Origin: Malacoraja senta
Taxonomy: Eukaryota
Length of the DNA stretch: 64,000 bases
NCBI GenBank assembly: GCA_038087875.1
Contig: CM075989.1
Span: forward strand, 24,678,001-24,742,000
Reading direction: 5' to 3'
Shown: positions 60,651 to 64,000 of the stretch, piece after piece
How the letters are laid out: each line of letters opens with the position of its first letter
Position numbering within the stretch: the stretch's first letter is position 1
The notes under the pieces: model-generated
What the model was told of the DNA's origin: nothing
Database searches by the model: none
The model's input: the letters and a program-made list of their open reading frames with translations, nothing else
Translations under genes and position numbers: made by a program

Positions 60651-61945
60651 GCACTAAAATCTATTTTGCTCACTGTACCACAGTAGTCTATAAACGGGGA
60701 GGGGAGGGGGGGGGAGGGGGAGGGGAGGGGGAGAGAGGGAGGGTTAGGGACAGTCTTGTTGTCATGAACATTGACCTAGTCTCCTCACAGATTGTTGGAG
60801 GGAAACAGAAGAGAGCTGTCTTTCAATCTCCCTCATTCTATGATCTAATTATTAACATTCTTCCCAAAACATCGCTTTGAAGAAATACTAAGGACCATTT
60901 AGTATCTCTTATTAAACACTCCTGGGCTCCAATGATCATCCATAAAATAGGAAGAAAACTTTTTTTGATGATGCTGAAATACTGAATGAAAAGATAAGCA
61001 TTTGGAAGTTTGTAAAATTGACCTGAACTGTATACTTTGGGAGGATCTGGTTTCAGGCTCTGAGTTTGGCTTTCATTAAACACGTGAAGCAGGCTTTCTC
61101 TGGCAGTGTGCAGGCATTTGCTTTACTATTTAAATAAATGCAGCTCATGTGTGGCGGGTTCTTGCACTCTGTAATCTGCTACAGATCCATGCCAATTACC
61201 TCCACTCCACACATGGCCCCACCACTGCTCTGTAAACCCGGATGCAAGGATTAAGTGTTGAGCGAGCAGCTGCTGGAGGAGACAGAGAATAACTCTGTTT
61301 GGATTGCTCTAAGTGGTCACCTGGTTGCAGCACTAAGAGGAGAATCAGACATAACGTTCGCAAACTCAAAATGGAACTCGAATTCTGCATTAATTTCAAT
61401 GAATGGATTAACATTGTGAAGTGGAGGCAAGTTGCAGTAGATTGTAATTATTGGACCATGACTGAGATATTGGCAACATCCGACACACCAAGCATGACTT
61501 AGTAGGTTGCGTGGAGTGCAGTGGGAACCATGATTGGAAACAGTGGGGACCACACGCTCAAAGTGAGGGGTAGTGTATAAAAGTTTGTCGAGAGACCACA
61601 GCTGGAGAAGCGTGTGCAGATGTGGTCTCCACACCACAGGAAGGATGTTAAACCAACAGGGGGGAACATCGGGAAGTCACGTGACACGAAGAAATACAAG
61701 ACAGACCTGAACAATTGTGCCATTTCCTTTTGCTTACTGGAGTTTGTGGGATTTAATTAAGTTGTGTAAAATTCCAAAGTGGTGAGACAGAAATAGCACT
61801 TCATGCCACATGTTTGTGTGAACATCTCACATTTAAATCCTTGTCATAGGAGCAGTATAAGCCATTCGGCCCATCAAGTCTACTCTGCCATTCAATCATG
61901 ACTGATCTATTTTACCCTCTCAAATCATTCTCCTGCCTTGTCCAT

Positions 61946-62167
61946 TTAGACTTTAGAGATACGCTGTGGAAACAGGCCCTTCCCCCACTGACTCCATCCC
62001 AACCAGCGATCACACCCCATACACTAGCACTATCCTACACACAAGGGACAATTTACAATTTTTTTACCCAGTGTGTAGGATAGTGCTAGTGTACGGGGTG
62101 TTTGTTGGTCGGCACGGACTCGGTGGGCCGAAGGGCTGGTTTCCGCGCTGTATCTCTAAAGTCTAAA
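61946..62167. mobile_element. Inverted pair of V-SINE 3' ends
   Basis: TTTAGACTTTAGAGATAC...GTATCTCTAAAGTCTAAA, identical tail variant on both arms. Confidence 0.8.
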
Positions 62168-62477
62168 GATCTCCTTTCATTCCAAGTATTTTCATTCATG
62201 GTGCAAGCTGCATTTTTGTTTACAATATGCCTGGTTTTGGAGATGCACTGAGGTGCAAAGGGTTTTCATGGAATAAAGAATGAAAAAGTTTAAATAAGAA
62301 GCTGTATATAAAAGGTATTATGAAAATATGATTGTATACAATTGTACTTACTTCTAATAAAATAAAAATATTAAAAAATAAAAAAAAGAATGAAAAAGTG
62401 TTTCCACTGGTAGTGAGGCTGTACTACAACTGACTGGAAGTTGATGGGATAGTGGGTCACCTCATCTTTAAAAGAAT

Positions 62478-62995
62478 TTAATTGAATAAATTTTATTAGC
62501 CAAGTATGTACACATACAAGGAATTTGCCTTGGTGCTCTGCTCGCAAGTAGCAACATGATATACAATAGACAATTAAAAATAAAACATTATAATTTAAAC
62601 ATGTGAAGAATAAAATAAAATACCAGAGCAAAAGGAGGCTACAGACTTTTGGTTATTGAGTAGAGCTACTGCTCGTGGATAAAAGCTGTTTTTATGTCTG
62701 GCTGTGGCAGCTTTGACAGTCCGGAGTGGCCTTCCAGAGGGAAGTGATTCAAAGAGTTTGTGGCCAGGGTGAGAGGGTCAGAGATGATCTTACCCACTCG
62801 CTTCCTGGCCCTTGCAGTGTACAGTTCGTCGTTGGGGGGAAGGTTGCAGCCAATAACCTTCTCCGCTGATCGAACGATGCGCTGCAGCCTCTGGGCTTGG
62901 TGGCTGAGCCAAACCAGACCATGATGGAGAAGGTGAGGACAGACTCTACGATGGCAGTATAAAACTGGACCATCATTGCCTGTGGTAGAACAAAA
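62478..62995 (-). mobile_element. Rex1/Babar-type LINE 3' fragment
   Basis: MVQFYTAIVESVLTFSIMVWFGS and LQRIVRSAEKVIGCNLP in adjacent frames, followed by 3'UTR. Confidence 0.85.
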
Positions 62996-64000
62996 CCAAA
63001 CATCCTCTCCACATCCACTCAATCCTGGCCTTTCACTATTCGGTAAGTTTCAATGAGGTCTCCCCTCATCCTTCTAAACCAGTGAGTCCAGGCCCAGTGC
63101 CGTTCAGGAGAAAGTGGGGCTTAATTAGAGAGCACACTGAGGCAGTTGTCACACACACACACACACACTGAGCTAAGTGGCATCCTTGTAAGAGTTTATG
63201 ACTTTGAGTTACAGCAAACAAAGGTTTAAAAGACATTAAGTTCATTTCTTTTCTCAAGGGCTAATTTCAAACAGGCATTTATATGGAGCTGAAAAGGGGC
63301 TTCACCCTTCAAGACCATATCACCTTTCCACAGGTCATATTTCTGTCTTAACAAACCATGATTGACGATGAAAAGAGGGGAGCGTGGGGTAAAAGGATTC
63401 ATCTGCCCGGCAACGAGGCTGTAAAACGGGAGAACACTCTACAAAAAGTATGCCTCCATTATCTCTAATATCTCCCTGCAAACTCTCCATTCAGCACAGC
63501 TTAAATGACTATTGTAAATCACAGTGTCACTTTTCATCAATTGAAACCATCGGTTTGGTGCTCAGCAAGGTCCTTAATGAACATGCCACAACTCATTCCA
63601 TTCAAAATAATGTTCATTGCAAAGCTACATGAAACTTAATCTGTCTTCGACTAATGTTTCTACTGCAAAAAAAACTTTAATGGATTCAAACTCTCTTATA
63701 AAGCAGTTTCTCCTCTCATCCATTTTATTCCTTGTATTTAATGTCCTGAAGTTTGAACAGAGGCACAATATTATCCCTCCCTAAAACACAAAAGCTGAAA
63801 ATCACATTGCAATGCTGTACCGGTTCATGCTAGACAAAAGCAACAATTATTTCATGCTAACACTGAGATTAAACCACTTTCAGCGTATGCGAGTGGTATG
63901 CCATGATAGGATGAGACGACTTTATTTAAAGTGATCATATAAAGCGTGACCAATGATGCAGAACATTCAGAGAGACAGGGAAAGTGCTGGTGACTGGTAG

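Overview
Repeat-dense vertebrate genomic DNA with a 200-N assembly gap at 32024-32223. The repeat content (HE1-like V-SINEs, HER1-like CR1 LINEs, DeuSINE relics, Penelope-like terminal repeats) points to a cartilaginous fish, probably a skate or ray; this is inference. I recognised no host protein-coding exon, rRNA, true tRNA gene or CRISPR array, so the window looks intergenic or intronic. The only real protein homology is retrotransposon-derived: two ~3 kb 5'-truncated, frameshifted CR1 ORF2 copies in opposite orientation, plus L2, Rex1/Babar and Penelope GIY-YIG fragments. The most interesting signals are self-cleaving RNA motifs in mobile DNA. (1) A 54-nt minimal HDV/CPEB3-type ribozyme fold (3789-3842, minus strand) forms the 5' end of a ~140-bp structured SINE-like element. 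(2) More than 20 Penelope-derived minimal hammerhead ribozyme motifs occur, several with intact cores; one has gained a long stem I and one related repeat is fused to telomeric repeats. Also present are non-autonomous DNA transposons with 5-, 7- and 8-bp target-site duplications, fold-back palindromes in CR1 copies, and a CpG-rich zone (34.9-39.6 kb) containing unexplained, anciently duplicated units. All alignments and folds were done by eye; no database search or folding program was run.
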